A stretch of DNA of 64,000 nt from Prochlorococcus sp. AG-355-B18 (GTDB taxonomy: Bacteria; Cyanobacteriota; Cyanobacteriia; PCC-6307; Cyanobiaceae): assembly GCA_003280965.1 (NCBI GenBank), contig QCDI01000003.1, positions 1-64,000 of the forward strand, written 5' to 3'. A model generated the notes under the pieces. That model searched no databases. It worked only from the letters and a program-made list of their open reading frames with translations, and was not told the origin of the DNA. Made by a program: the position numbers and the translations under genes. Shown here piece after piece: positions 42,547 to 53,742 of the stretch. Each line of letters begins with the position of its first letter. Positions within the stretch are counted from its first letter, which is position 1.

Positions 42547-43428
42547 ATGACAAAAAATTTATTTGATAACGAAAATGCAATTTATATGGGAGCAAAAAGA
42601 AGTTCTGAAAATTGCTCAATTGGTATATTTGGAGTTAATTATGACGGGACATGTTCGTTTAAACCAGGAGCAAGATTTGGTCCAGAAGCAATAAGACAAG
42701 TCAGTTCTTGTTTAGAAACATATTGTCCAAAAATAAAAAAAGACTTACAGGATATTATGTATGTTGATTTTGGATCAATACTAATTGATAAAAATGACTC
42801 AAAGTCCGTTATTGAATCGGTTAAATCAGCAACAAATTATTTAATTAGTAAACGCCTTAGTCCTATTATGCTTGGAGGCGAACACTCTATTACAAGAGGG
42901 GCTATTGAAGCATTAGTAAAAAAATATCCAGATTTGATATTGGTTCAACTTGATGCTCATGCAGATTTAAGAGAATCATATATAGGAAATGAACATAGTC
43001 ATGCTTGTACTATGAAAAGATGCTTAGAAGTGCTACCTGAAAAAAAAATTTTGCAAGTAGGAATTAGAAGTGGGACTAAAGAAGAATTTGAAATTATGCA
43101 TAAAAACAACCAATTAGTTAACTTTTGTCCAGGCGGAAATACACATGAGTTAAAACAAGCTCTTCTACCATACGCTAAGTCTCCAATCTATTTAACAATA
43201 GATTTAGATTGGTTTGATCCCAGTTTACTAGCAGGGACGGGCACTCCAGAACCGGGAGGATTTTTTTGGAATGATTTTGAAGAGATACTTAAAACTTTAA
43301 AAGAACTTAGAATCGTGGGATCAGATATTGTGGAATTATCTCCAGAAATTGATAGAAGCGGAGTAAGTAGCATAGTTGCAGCCAAAGTACTTAGAAGCTT
43401 AATTTTGTCATTAGAAAATATGCAATAA
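42547..43428 (+). CDS. speB: Agmatinase-family ureohydrolase
   Basis: PGARFGP, LGGEHSIT, DAHADLR, DLDWFDP, GTGTPEPGG and DIVELSP. Confidence 0.93.
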   Translation: MTKNLFDNENAIYMGAKRSSENCSIGIFGVNYDGTCSFKPGARFGPEAIRQVSSCLETYCPKIKKDLQDIMYVDFGSILIDKNDSKSVIESVKSATNYLISKRLSPIMLGGEHSITRGAIEALVKKYPDLILVQLDAHADLRESYIGNEHSHACTMKRCLEVLPEKKILQVGIRSGTKEEFEIMHKNNQLVNFCPGGNTHELKQALLPYAKSPIYLTIDLDWFDPSLLAGTGTPEPGGFFWNDFEEILKTLKELRIVGSDIVELSPEIDRSGVSSIVAAKVLRSLILSLENMQ

Positions 43429-43478
43429 AAAATTTCTAAACTAAAGTGTAGAAATACTAAATAGAAACTAAATATTTC

Positions 43479-44591
43479 ATGGATTTGCTAAAAAGTCCTC
43501 TTTATTCAAAATATGTTGAATCCAATGCAAAATTAGTTGATTTTGCAGGTTGGGAAATGCCCATATCATTTTCAGGATTAATTAAAGAGCATGAATCAGT
43601 TAGATATTCAGCAGGATTATTTGATATTTCTCACATGGGTGTGATTTCCATCAAGGGAATCAATCCAAAGGATTATATTCAAAAACTTTTTCCTACTAAT
43701 TTATACTCCTTTTGTGAAGGTCAGGGGCTTTATACAGTAATGCTCAATGATAAAGGAGGAATAATAGATGACTTAATAATTTATGACCTTGGTATACAAA
43801 AAAATGACATATCAGAATTATTGTTAATAGTTAATGCAAGTAGATATGAAGAAGATTTTCAGTGGATAAAAAATAATTTAAATATGTCCGAAATTTCGAT
43901 AACAAACTTTAAAAAAGACAACGTACTTTTAGCACTACAGGGAAAAAACTCATTCAGTTTATTTGAAGAATGGATTAAATCTTCGATCTCACATATCCCT
44001 AACTTTGGATGCGAATATAAAATTTTTGAACATATTTCGCCTAAGGAAAAAATTTTCTTTTCAAAGACAGGCTATACGGGGGAAAATGGTCTAGAAATAC
44101 TTTTATCTAAAAAAGCAGCAATTAATTTATGGGATTTCTCAATTTCTAAAAATGTTGCACCTTGTGGTTTAGGAGCTAGAGATACTCTTAGACTTGAAGC
44201 AGGCATGCATCTTTATGGGCAAGACATAAATGAAGAAACTTCTCCATATGAAGCAGGGTTAGGATGGCTAGTACATCTAGAAAATAATCACGAATTCATT
44301 GGCAGAAGAGTTCTTGAAGAGCAGTCAAGATTAGGCATTCAAAAAAAGTTAGTTGGTATCTCTATAAAAGGTAAAGCAATAGGAAGAAAAGGGTGCGCAG
44401 TGCTTAAAGGGGATGAGAATATTGGAACTATCACTAGCGGCAGTTGGTCTCCAACTAAACAACAAGCTATTGCTTTTGCATACATCAATACTTCGCATGC
44501 CTTAATAAATAATGAAGTTGAAATCTCAATAAGAGGCAAAAAATTCAACGGGGTTATAACAAAAAGAGCGTTTTATAAAAAGAATTATTAA
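43479..44591 (+). CDS. gcvT: Glycine cleavage T protein (aminomethyltransferase)
   Basis: [43 protein letters not shown] and TSGSWSPT. Confidence 0.97.
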   Translation: MDLLKSPLYSKYVESNAKLVDFAGWEMPISFSGLIKEHESVRYSAGLFDISHMGVISIKGINPKDYIQKLFPTNLYSFCEGQGLYTVMLNDKGGIIDDLIIYDLGIQKNDISELLLIVNASRYEEDFQWIKNNLNMSEISITNFKKDNVLLALQGKNSFSLFEEWIKSSISHIPNFGCEYKIFEHISPKEKIFFSKTGYTGENGLEILLSKKAAINLWDFSISKNVAPCGLGARDTLRLEAGMHLYGQDINEETSPYEAGLGWLVHLENNHEFIGRRVLEEQSRLGIQKKLVGISIKGKAIGRKGCAVLKGDENIGTITSGSWSPTKQQAIAFAYINTSHALINNEVEISIRGKKFNGVITKRAFYKKNY

Positions 44592-44646
44592 CTAAATTTA
44601 CCCTTAAAGAATTATTATAAGTTATTGATAAATAAACCATACTTAG

Positions 44647-46443
44647 ATGAGAAACAAAATTTGTGAAGAACTCAATAATACAGATATTGGTAAATTAGTT
44701 AATTTATGCGGATGGGTCGATAGAAGAAGAGATCATGGTGGTGTAATTTTTATTGATTTAAGAGACCATAGTGGATTCCTACAAATAACAATTAACCCCG
44801 ATGATGGTGCAGATCTATTTAAACAGGCAGAAACTCTAAGAAATGAAACAGTAATAATGGTCAGCGGAATTATTAATGAAAGGCCCAAAGATTCCATAAA
44901 TACAAATTTAAGTACTGGAGAGTTAGAGCTTAAGGTTAAAGATTTGCAAATTCTCAACCAAATTAAAAACAACTTACCTTTTCCAGTATCTATTCATGAT
45001 TATGAAAATACTAAAGAGGAACTCAGATTAAAATATAGATACCTTGATTTAAGAAGGGGAAAATTACTAGAAAATTTAAAAACAAGACATAAGATTATTA
45101 AAGTTGCTAGAGAATTTCTTGATAATGTTGGATTTACAGAAGTAGAGACCCCATTACTTACAAAGTCAACTCCTGAAGGGGCTCGCGATTTTCTTGTTCC
45201 TGCACGTCTTTCAAATGGAGAATTTTTTGCTTTACCTCAATCCCCACAACTCTTTAAACAACTTTTAATGGTTGGGGGCTTAGATAAGTATTATCAAATC
45301 GCAAAATGTTTCCGTGATGAAGACTTAAGGGCAGATAGACAGCCAGAGTTTACTCAATTAGATATTGAGATGAGCTTTATTAGTGAAGAAGAAATAATTT
45401 CTTTTAATGAAAGTCTCATAAAAAAAATATGGAAAGAAGTGTTAAATATTAATTTTAATAATGCTTTTCCAAGAATGACATGGCAGGCAGCAATGGATAA
45501 TTACGGCACTGATAGACCAGATACTAGATATCAAATGTTATTGAAAGATTTAGGAGGAGTATTAGGTAATATTGGATTTAATATTTTCACCAAGGCAATT
45601 AAGTCTGGAGGGTATATAAAATCCATAACAGTCAAAGGAGGCAATTCAAGTATTAGCAACGTAAGAATTAAACCGGGAGGTGACATCTTCAAAGTAGCTC
45701 AAGACGCAGGAGCTGGTGGTTTAGCCTTTATAAGGGTCAAAGGAGATGAGCTTGAGACTATTGGGGCAATTAAAAATAATTTAAGTGAAAAGCATATAGC
45801 TGATATTTTAAAAATCACAGAAGCAAAAGATGGAGACTTAATCCTCTTAGGAGCTGGAGATAAACAAATTGTCAATCAGTCATTAGATAGAGTTAGACAA
45901 TATATCGCAAAAGAATTAAATCTCATAGATAAAAGCAAATGGAATTTCTTATGGGTAACTGACTTCCCTATGTTTGAGAGAAATGAAGATGAAAATAGAT
46001 ATGAAGCTTTACACCATCCGTTTTGTTCTCCAAAAAATATAAAATCTAAAGATTCTGAAAACTTGCAAAAAGAAATTGAGAGCTCTACAGCAAATGCTTA
46101 TGACTTAGTTCTTAATGGATTGGAGTTGGGAGGTGGCTCTTTACGTATTCATGAAGCGAACTTACAAAGAGAGGTTCTGAAAACGGTAGGACTTACTGAT
46201 AAAGAGATTGATGAAAAATTTGGATTTTTAATAGAAGCCTTAGAAATGGGTGCTCCTCCTCATGGTGGAATAGCGTTTGGATTGGATCGTATTACCATGC
46301 TGATCATTGGCGCAGATTCAATCAGAGAAACAATTGCTTTTCCAAAAAATCAACAAGCAAAATGTCTTCTCACAAATGCACCTTCAAATGTCTCTAAATC
46401 ACAATTAAAAGAATTAGATATTGAAATAACAATTGATGAATAA
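44647..46443 (+). CDS. aspS: Aspartate--tRNA ligase, likely non-discriminating Asp/Asn type
   Basis: RRDHGG (His typical of ND-AspRS), [26 protein letters not shown] and [12 protein letters not shown]. Confidence 0.97.
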   Translation: MRNKICEELNNTDIGKLVNLCGWVDRRRDHGGVIFIDLRDHSGFLQITINPDDGADLFKQAETLRNETVIMVSGIINERPKDSINTNLSTGELELKVKDLQILNQIKNNLPFPVSIHDYENTKEELRLKYRYLDLRRGKLLENLKTRHKIIKVAREFLDNVGFTEVETPLLTKSTPEGARDFLVPARLSNGEFFALPQSPQLFKQLLMVGGLDKYYQIAKCFRDEDLRADRQPEFTQLDIEMSFISEEEIISFNESLIKKIWKEVLNINFNNAFPRMTWQAAMDNYGTDRPDTRYQMLLKDLGGVLGNIGFNIFTKAIKSGGYIKSITVKGGNSSISNVRIKPGGDIFKVAQDAGAGGLAFIRVKGDELETIGAIKNNLSEKHIADILKITEAKDGDLILLGAGDKQIVNQSLDRVRQYIAKELNLIDKSKWNFLWVTDFPMFERNEDENRYEALHHPFCSPKNIKSKDSENLQKEIESSTANAYDLVLNGLELGGGSLRIHEANLQREVLKTVGLTDKEIDEKFGFLIEALEMGAPPHGGIAFGLDRITMLIIGADSIRETIAFPKNQQAKCLLTNAPSNVSKSQLKELDIEITIDE

Positions 46444-46518
46444 GAATATATATGGATGTTCTAAAAGTTTTTTGTTTAAATAAAATATAAGGAGGCTGTG
46501 CTTAATTAAAAATATTTA

Positions 46519-48129
46519 ATGTCAAAATTTGTTTTTGTCACCGGAGGAGTAGTTTCTAGCATTGGTAAAGGAATTGTAGCTGCAAGCTTAGGAAGATTAT
46601 TAAAGTCTAGAGGATATAGTGTTTCAATATTAAAACTAGATCCATATCTAAATGTTGATCCAGGAACAATGAGCCCTTTCCAACATGGAGAAGTATTTGT
46701 AACCGAAGATGGGGCTGAAACCGATCTAGATTTAGGTCACTATGAAAGATTTACTGATACTGCAATGACTAGGTTAAATAGCGTGACCACGGGATCTATC
46801 TATCAAGCAGTTATTAATAAAGAAAGAAGAGGTAGTTATGACGGTGGAACTGTACAAGTAATACCTCACATAACGGGAGAAATAAGAGAAAGAATTCATA
46901 GAGTAGCCGCCAACAGTAATGCAGATATTATTATTACTGAAATTGGTGGAACAGTTGGTGATATTGAATCTCTACCTTTTTTAGAGGCTATTAGAGAATT
47001 CAAAAATGATGTCAACAGGAACGATGTTGCATACATACACGTAACATTACTCCCTTACATCAAAACCTCTGGCGAAATAAAAACTAAACCAACACAACAT
47101 TCAGTGAAAGAATTAAGATCAATTGGAATTCAGCCAGATTTACTTGTATGCCGAAGTGATAAATCTATCAATGAAGCCCTTAAAAAGAAGCTTAGTGGTT
47201 TTTGCGGTGTCAGTATCAACTCTGTAATTGAAGCTTTAGACGCAGACAGTATTTATTCTGTACCTCTTTCTTTAAAAAAAGAAGGTTTATGCAAAGAAAC
47301 CCTGCAGTATTTAGACCTTGAAGATAAAAAATGTGATTTGAAAAATTGGGAGCAACTAATACACAACCTAAGAAATCCTGGAGCTCCAATCAAAGTTGCT
47401 TTAGTGGGTAAATACATTGAACTTGGAGATGCATATTTATCCGTTGTTGAAGCTTTAAGACATGCATGCATTGAACAAAGAGCTTTATTAGATTTACATT
47501 GGGTAAGTGCTGAAATGATAGAAAAAAATTCAGCAGAAACTTACTTAAATGAAGTTGATGCAATTGTCGTACCCGGGGGATTTGGAAATAGAGGAGTAAA
47601 TGGAAAAATTTCGGCTATAAAATTCGCAAGAGAAAATAAAATTCCCTTTTTAGGTTTGTGCCTTGGCATGCAATGTGCAGTTATAGAATGGGCCAGGAAT
47701 ATAGCTAATCTTCCAGATGCATCTAGTTCAGAACTGGACCCAAACACTTCAAATCCAGTGATACATTTATTACCAGAACAGGAAGATGTAGTTGATTTAG
47801 GTGGGACAATGAGACTTGGAGTTTATCCATGTAGACTGACAAAAAATACAACTGGAAAAAACTTATATGATGAGGATGTTATTTATGAGAGACATCGACA
47901 TAGATACGAATTTAATAATTACTACAAACAAAGTTTTTTAGATTCTGGATATAAAATTAGTGGTACATCACCAGATGGCAGATTAGTTGAGTTAATTGAG
48001 TTAGAAAATCATCCATACTTCTTAGCCTGTCAATATCATCCTGAGTTTTTATCAAGACCTGGCAAACCTCATCCTTTATTTAAAGGATTAATAAAAGCCT
48101 CTCAAGATAAGTTAACTCAATCAAATTAA
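46519..48129 (+). CDS. pyrG: CTP synthase
   Basis: [40 protein letters not shown] and QYHPEF. Confidence 0.98.
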   Translation: MSKFVFVTGGVVSSIGKGIVAASLGRLLKSRGYSVSILKLDPYLNVDPGTMSPFQHGEVFVTEDGAETDLDLGHYERFTDTAMTRLNSVTTGSIYQAVINKERRGSYDGGTVQVIPHITGEIRERIHRVAANSNADIIITEIGGTVGDIESLPFLEAIREFKNDVNRNDVAYIHVTLLPYIKTSGEIKTKPTQHSVKELRSIGIQPDLLVCRSDKSINEALKKKLSGFCGVSINSVIEALDADSIYSVPLSLKKEGLCKETLQYLDLEDKKCDLKNWEQLIHNLRNPGAPIKVALVGKYIELGDAYLSVVEALRHACIEQRALLDLHWVSAEMIEKNSAETYLNEVDAIVVPGGFGNRGVNGKISAIKFARENKIPFLGLCLGMQCAVIEWARNIANLPDASSSELDPNTSNPVIHLLPEQEDVVDLGGTMRLGVYPCRLTKNTTGKNLYDEDVIYERHRHRYEFNNYYKQSFLDSGYKISGTSPDGRLVELIELENHPYFLACQYHPEFLSRPGKPHPLFKGLIKASQDKLTQSN

Positions 48130-48147
48130 TATTCTTTATTTTTTTGA

Positions 48148-48825
48148 ATGAAAATGACAAATTTTTTACCCTTAGTAGAACAATTTCATTCATTACAAGG
48201 TGAAGGTTATCACGCTGGAAAAAGTGCTTTTTTTGTAAGATTAGCCGGATGCAAAGTTGGATGTTCGTGGTGCGATACCAAGAATTCATGGGACGAGAAA
48301 AAACACCCTTCTATATCAATTGAAAAAATAATAGATCGCATAAAAATTGCCAGAAAAAAAGGAGCATCTTTTTGCGTTATTACAGGTGGAGAACCTTTAC
48401 AACATAACTTGGATAATTTTTGCAAAGCTATAAAGAAAATGACAATGGAAGAAGAACAAAAGCCAATGAAGATTCATATTGAGACAAGTGGAGTTAATTC
48501 GATATCAGGAAGCTATGACTGGATTACTTTATCTCCTAAAAGACACTCACCTCCAAAAAATTATTTTTTAAAAAACTGTAATGAGATCAAAATAATCATA
48601 AATGAAATAGAAGATATTGAATTTGCTATTCAAATAAAAAAAGAAACTTTAAAACAATATCAACTCTCTAAAAGCAAAGATGGCTTAAAAAAAGAAGATA
48701 AAATTTTTTATTTACAGCCAGCATGGAACAATGCGAATGGTTTTTCTCTTGCTATTGATTTCGTAAAAAATAACCCCGATTGGAAATTGAGCCTTCAAAC
48801 TCACAAATACTTAAAAATTAATTGA
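48148..48825 (+). CDS. queE: 7-carboxy-7-deazaguanine synthase (radical SAM)
   Basis: EQFHSLQGEG, CKVGCSWCDT (CxxxCxxC), ITGGEP, IETSG, LSPK and SLQTHK. Confidence 0.93.
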   Translation: MKMTNFLPLVEQFHSLQGEGYHAGKSAFFVRLAGCKVGCSWCDTKNSWDEKKHPSISIEKIIDRIKIARKKGASFCVITGGEPLQHNLDNFCKAIKKMTMEEEQKPMKIHIETSGVNSISGSYDWITLSPKRHSPPKNYFLKNCNEIKIIINEIEDIEFAIQIKKETLKQYQLSKSKDGLKKEDKIFYLQPAWNNANGFSLAIDFVKNNPDWKLSLQTHKYLKIN

Positions 48826-48831
48826 AATCAT

Positions 48832-49503
48832 ATGACTCTTAAAAATAAATCGATAGTAGTTTTATTATCTGGAGGTTTAGATTCTTCTACAGTTACTGGT
48901 ATCGCCAAAAAATCCGAAGCTAAAATTTTTGGCCTTTCATTTGACTACGGTCAACGTCATAAAAAAGAATTAAATTCTGCATCAATAATTGCAAAACACT
49001 TTGATATCGACGAATTTAAAATCATTAAGCTTGACTTATCTTTATGGGGAGGCTCGTCATTAACTGATACTCAAAAAAATATTCCAATAGAAGGAGTACA
49101 AACTAATAAAATTCCTAATACTTATGTTCCTGGGAGAAATACTATATTTATTTCCGTTGCACTAAGTTTTGCCGAAGCAATAGATGCTGATTTTATAGGA
49201 TTAGGAGTTAATGCACTAGATTATTCCGGTTATCCAGATTGCAGACCTGACTACATTAAAAAATTTCAAGAATTAGCAGATTTATCCAATAAAAGAGGAA
49301 GAGAAAATAATCCAATAAAACTTTGGACACCACTATTAGATTTAAATAAAGAGGAAATTATTAAATTAGCTTTTGATAATCATGTCCCTTTAGATAAAAC
49401 ATGGAGTTGTTATTCGGGCAATTCAAAACCATGCGGTAAGTGTGATAGCTGCAGAATTAGAAATGCTGCTTATGAAAAATGGCTTAATAATAATAATAAA
49501 TGA
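48832..49503 (+). CDS. queC: 7-cyano-7-deazaguanine synthase
   Basis: SGGLDS, FDYGQRH, YVPGRN, DYSGYPDCR and TWSCY...PCGKCDSC. Confidence 0.96.
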   Translation: MTLKNKSIVVLLSGGLDSSTVTGIAKKSEAKIFGLSFDYGQRHKKELNSASIIAKHFDIDEFKIIKLDLSLWGGSSLTDTQKNIPIEGVQTNKIPNTYVPGRNTIFISVALSFAEAIDADFIGLGVNALDYSGYPDCRPDYIKKFQELADLSNKRGRENNPIKLWTPLLDLNKEEIIKLAFDNHVPLDKTWSCYSGNSKPCGKCDSCRIRNAAYEKWLNNNNK

Positions 49504-50813
49504 AAATAAAAAAAATAATTCTAGAAAAATGGATAGATCCAGCACTGATTACGCATCATCTAACAAAAAAATTTGGAGATAAAGGATTAGCTTGGCTAGA
49601 CAGCGATGGCAAAGAAAATGGGGAATGGTCAATAATAGGAATTCAACCTAAAAAAATAATCCAATCAAGAGATATCAATAACTTAGACAAAACTAATAAT
49701 CCATTTAACAATTTAAGAAATATTGAAAAAGGATTTTGGATCGGATGGTTAAGTTATGAAGCTGGAGTTTACATAGAACCAAAAAACCCATGGAAAAAAT
49801 CTAATATGGCAACTTTATGGATTGCATCATATGATCCAATCATTAAATGTAATCTAATAAAAAAAGAAATAATTATCGAAGGCACAAACTCATCTGAACT
49901 GATGAATTATAAAAACATTATCAACAATATAAAAAATATCGAAGAAGAAAATATTATTAAAACAAAGTTGAATTTTGATTTTTCAAAAATAAATTTGGAC
50001 GAAATGGCTGAAAAATTTCAGAAAAATATTTTAAAATTGAAAAAATTAATTTCCTTAGGAGATATATTTCAAGCAAACCTAACAACTAAATGCGAAATTG
50101 AATCTTCCAAAAACTATAATCCTCTAGATATTTATTTGAAAATAAGAGGGAAATTAAGAGCTCCCTTTGGAGGAATAATAATAAATAATAATTATAAAGA
50201 GGCTGTATTATCTACCTCGCCAGAAAGATTTTTAAAAATAGATAATAAAAATTTTGTAGAATCAAGACCTATCAAAGGAACTAGATCCAGAGATAAAGAT
50301 TTAAATCAAGACGCACTTAATGCTATCGATTTAATAACTAACGAGAAAGATAGAGCAGAAAATATTATGATTGTTGACCTAATAAGAAATGATTTAAGTA
50401 AAGTTTGCGAAACAGGAAGTATTATGGTGCCAGAAATATTAAAACTTGAAAGTTTCTTAAAAGTTCATCATCTAACTTCAGTAATCAGAGGCAAATTAAA
50501 AAAAGACACGAACTGGATTGATTTACTAAAAGCTTGTTGGCCTGGGGGCTCTATAACTGGAGCACCTAAATTAAGATCATGCCAGAGACTTTTTGAATTA
50601 GAAGAATGTGAACGCGGACCATACTGTGGCTCATTTTTGAAGCTTGACTGGAATGGAGAGTTTGACAGCAATATACTAATAAGATCATTTTTAATTAAAG
50701 ACAAAAAAATCAATATATATGCTGGGTGCGGAATAGTTATTGACTCAGACCCGGAGGAGGAAACTGATGAACTAAAGTGGAAACTTTTACCATTAATTGA
50801 TTCACTAAAATGA
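49500..50813 (+). CDS. pabB: Aminodeoxychorismate synthase component I (chorismate-binding family)
   Basis: GDIFQANL, SPERF, PIKGT, EKDRAENIMIVDLIRND and PGGSITGAPK; followed by a class IV aminotransferase. Confidence 0.85.
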   Translation: MKIKKIILEKWIDPALITHHLTKKFGDKGLAWLDSDGKENGEWSIIGIQPKKIIQSRDINNLDKTNNPFNNLRNIEKGFWIGWLSYEAGVYIEPKNPWKKSNMATLWIASYDPIIKCNLIKKEIIIEGTNSSELMNYKNIINNIKNIEEENIIKTKLNFDFSKINLDEMAEKFQKNILKLKKLISLGDIFQANLTTKCEIESSKNYNPLDIYLKIRGKLRAPFGGIIINNNYKEAVLSTSPERFLKIDNKNFVESRPIKGTRSRDKDLNQDALNAIDLITNEKDRAENIMIVDLIRNDLSKVCETGSIMVPEILKLESFLKVHHLTSVIRGKLKKDTNWIDLLKACWPGGSITGAPKLRSCQRLFELEECERGPYCGSFLKLDWNGEFDSNILIRSFLIKDKKINIYAGCGIVIDSDPEEETDELKWKLLPLIDSLK

Positions 50814-51637
50814 TTGAAACATTAGGCTGGTACAAGGATCAATGGTTGGATATTGATAGAATATTTATTGCTGCTAATAATAGAGGATTAAAATTTGCTG
50901 ATGGTATATTTGAAACCATTTTGATAAAAGAAAACAAACCTATTCTTTTTGATGAACATCTGAAAAGATTAGAAAAAAGTAGCAAGATTTTAAATATTAA
51001 CCTCAAAATAAATAAATTAACTTTGAGACAACTTATTCACGATGGAATTAAAAAGTTATCGCTTAAAAATGATCAATTTGCTTCAGTAAGAATAAACTAT
51101 AGTCGAGGAACTAATGAAGGTCGAACACTAAGAATTGATAGCACTTTAGAGACAAAAAATTTGGACAATTTATGGCTTGAGTTTTATAGAATTAAACCAA
51201 ATTTTAATCCGATAAACGTTTGCATTAGTCAAACGGAAAAAATAAATGAATTCAGTCTTATTAGTAAATGCAAAACATTTTCATATAATCAGGCAATACA
51301 AGTTTTGACAGAAGCTAATGAAAAATCATTTGATGATTCTATCCTTTTGAATACCTCAGGTGAACTTTGTTGTGGAAGTACATTTAATCTTCTAATTAAA
51401 AGAAATAATCAATGGATAACTCCTAGAAAAGAGAGCGGCTGTTTAGAGGGGATTATGGTCTCTCAAGCTTTAAAATTGAAAATTGTAAAAGAAGAATTAA
51501 TTCCTCCAGAATTTCAAAATGATGACATAATAGTTGCAATTAATAGCTTATCTTGCAGACAAATTTATCAAGTTAATGATTTAAAGCTTAAACCTAAATT
51601 CGATCCAATTTACTTTTGGGATTTATTATATAGTTGA
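50810..51637 (+). CDS. Aminotransferase class IV, probably 4-amino-4-deoxychorismate lyase (PabC-like)
   Basis: RGLKFADGIFET, HLKRL, KTFSY, CLEGI and INSL; overlaps the pabB stop (ATGA). Confidence 0.85.
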   Translation: MIETLGWYKDQWLDIDRIFIAANNRGLKFADGIFETILIKENKPILFDEHLKRLEKSSKILNINLKINKLTLRQLIHDGIKKLSLKNDQFASVRINYSRGTNEGRTLRIDSTLETKNLDNLWLEFYRIKPNFNPINVCISQTEKINEFSLISKCKTFSYNQAIQVLTEANEKSFDDSILLNTSGELCCGSTFNLLIKRNNQWITPRKESGCLEGIMVSQALKLKIVKEELIPPEFQNDDIIVAINSLSCRQIYQVNDLKLKPKFDPIYFWDLLYS

Positions 51638-52413
51638 ACTTTATTAATATCTGGTAAATAGACATCAGATACTTTAGTTATATTGTTATTAACCTTAAAT
51701 TCAACAATTTTTCCAATAATGATAATTGATGGAGCTAAAAATTCTTTATCTTTGATTTTATCTGGAAGATTATCTAATTTCTCTATCAAACATTTTTGAT
51801 TTTTTAAAGTAGCTTCTTGAATAACAGCGCATTTAGTACTCTTATCTAAACCACCTAGAATTAATTCTTCCACAATAAATTCAATATTTTTTATACCCAT
51901 AAAAATTACTAAGCTATCTGATGATTTAGCTAAATCTCTCCAATTCACTGTCTTTTTTTCCTTATCTACACGCTCATGTCCAGTGACGAAAGTTACGGAA
52001 CTCGCAGCATCTCTATGGGTAAGTGGAATACCAAAATATGTAGGGGCAGCTATACCAGACGTAATCCCTGGCACTATTTCAACTGAAATTCCATTTTTTT
52101 CTAAAATCGATACCTCTTCACCACCTCTAGAAAAAACGAATGGGTCTCCCCCTTTAAGCCTTACAACATTTTTGCCTTCTTTTGCCAATTTCAAAATAAG
52201 AGCATTAGTTTCATTCTGAGGTACAGAACACTTTCCAGCTCTTTTACCTACATGGAAAATTTCTGTATGTTTTCCTGCCTCTTTTGTTATTTCATCCGGG
52301 ATCAAAGCATCATGTACTAATGCATCACAATTTTTTATTAGGCGTAAAGCTTTTAGAGTTAGAAGCTCAGGGTCACCAGGACCTGCTCCAACTAAATAAA
52401 CAATGCCGGGCAC
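51610..52413 (-). CDS. cobA: Uroporphyrinogen-III C-methyltransferase
   Basis: VYLVGAGPGDPELLT, VRLKGGDPFVFSRGGEE, VPGITS and IPLTHR. GTG at 52413 is the likely start. Confidence 0.95.
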   Translation of the reverse strand: MPGIVYLVGAGPGDPELLTLKALRLIKNCDALVHDALIPDEITKEAGKHTEIFHVGKRAGKCSVPQNETNALILKLAKEGKNVVRLKGGDPFVFSRGGEEVSILEKNGISVEIVPGITSGIAAPTYFGIPLTHRDAASSVTFVTGHERVDKEKKTVNWRDLAKSSDSLVIFMGIKNIEFIVEELILGGLDKSTKCAVIQEATLKNQKCLIEKLDNLPDKIKDKEFLAPSIIIIGKIVEFKVNNNITKVSDVYLPDINKVQLYNKSQK

Positions 52414-52449
52414 AATAATCTCCATTAACAAGTATGGTAGTAGAAGTTA

Positions 52450-53742
52450 ATGGTAATGAAGGTAAATATTGTGAAAGAAAGTTTATTAAAACCAAATAAA
52501 AAATTTACTCTCCTTAGTGCCTTTATCACTCTTCTAAATGATCGTTTAAGTGAAAGCATACTACTACCTATATTACCCTCCTTTGTTTTACTTTTTGATT
52601 CTAAAGCAAGTACATATGGTTTATTATCATGCACTTACCAATTAGCTCAATTTACAGCTTCTCCTTTTATAGGACTTATGAGCGATAGATATGGAAGGAG
52701 ACCTATCACTCTTTTTTGTATTACTGGTTCAGTCATAGGAATATCAATATTATCTTTTACGGTTCTATTTAATTGGTCAAATTCAATAGCCTCTATCCCT
52801 TTATTTTTATTATTTTTAGCAAGACTAATTGACGGTTTAAGCGGGGGAACTGCAGCTACTGCAACAACAATTCTTGCAGATATTTCAAGCCCTGAAAAAA
52901 GAGCAAAAACATTTGGACTTATTGGTGTAGCTTTTGGTTTAAGTTTTTTCTTAGGTAATATTTTTGTTGTTATTTTTGCCAAAAATACAAATAATAATTT
53001 TATTATTCCAGTTTTGATAGCCTCAATCATTCCAATAATAAATTTCCTCCTTGTATTTTTTTACTTACCGGAAACCAAGCCTAATAGTGACTCAAATAAA
53101 TCAAAACCTTTTATAAAAAACCCTTTAAAAAACCTATTTACAGTTTTCAAAGAAGAAAAGATTAAAAAATTATCATTAGCTTTTTTTATTTACTTTATTG
53201 CTTTTACTGGATTGACCAATATACTTATATTCTTCCTTCAAGAATCTTTAAACTGGACGACAAAAGCATCAAGTGGAACTCTTGTTGTAGTAGGAATAAT
53301 TGCAATTATCGTTCAGGGAGGACTAATTGGGCCTCTTGTAAAACAATTTGGAGAAATGCGATTAACACTTATCGGATCAGGCTTCATTCTTGTAGCATGT
53401 GCTCTTTTAATAACTGCTCCAAAAGAAAATGCGACAATTAATATTTATTCAGCGGTATCATTTTTAGCCGTTGGGGCAGGATTAATTACGCCTACCTTAA
53501 GAGCACTAATATCAAAGAAATTAGACACTGATAAACAAGGATCAATTTTAAGTAATCTTCAAGGTCTACAGAGTCTTGGGGGGGTTTTAGGAATTGCAAT
53601 GGCAGGAAGGGTTTATGATAGTTTTGGTCCTAAATCTCCTTTTATAGCTGGTTCCGTTATCTTGCTTTTCATGATATACCTTATTGCAGAGGGTAAAAGT
53701 AATAATTCTTTTAATAATGAAAAATCAAAAGTATTGAAATGA
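52450..53742 (+). CDS. MFS transporter (DHA1/TetA-like)
   Basis: Motif A GLMSDRYGRRP, LARLIDGLSGG, about 12 hydrophobic segments. Exact start is uncertain. Confidence 0.92.
   Translation: MVMKVNIVKESLLKPNKKFTLLSAFITLLNDRLSESILLPILPSFVLLFDSKASTYGLLSCTYQLAQFTASPFIGLMSDRYGRRPITLFCITGSVIGISILSFTVLFNWSNSIASIPLFLLFLARLIDGLSGGTAATATTILADISSPEKRAKTFGLIGVAFGLSFFLGNIFVVIFAKNTNNNFIIPVLIASIIPIINFLLVFFYLPETKPNSDSNKSKPFIKNPLKNLFTVFKEEKIKKLSLAFFIYFIAFTGLTNILIFFLQESLNWTTKASSGTLVVVGIIAIIVQGGLIGPLVKQFGEMRLTLIGSGFILVACALLITAPKENATINIYSAVSFLAVGAGLITPTLRALISKKLDTDKQGSILSNLQGLQSLGGVLGIAMAGRVYDSFGPKSPFIAGSVILLFMIYLIAEGKSNNSFNNEKSKVLK

Noticed and set aside
48148..49503. queE/queC as part of a 7-deazaguanine DNA modification (dpd) defence system
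   Set aside because: No dpdA/tgt paralog, helicase or nuclease neighbours; the context is housekeeping queuosine synthesis.
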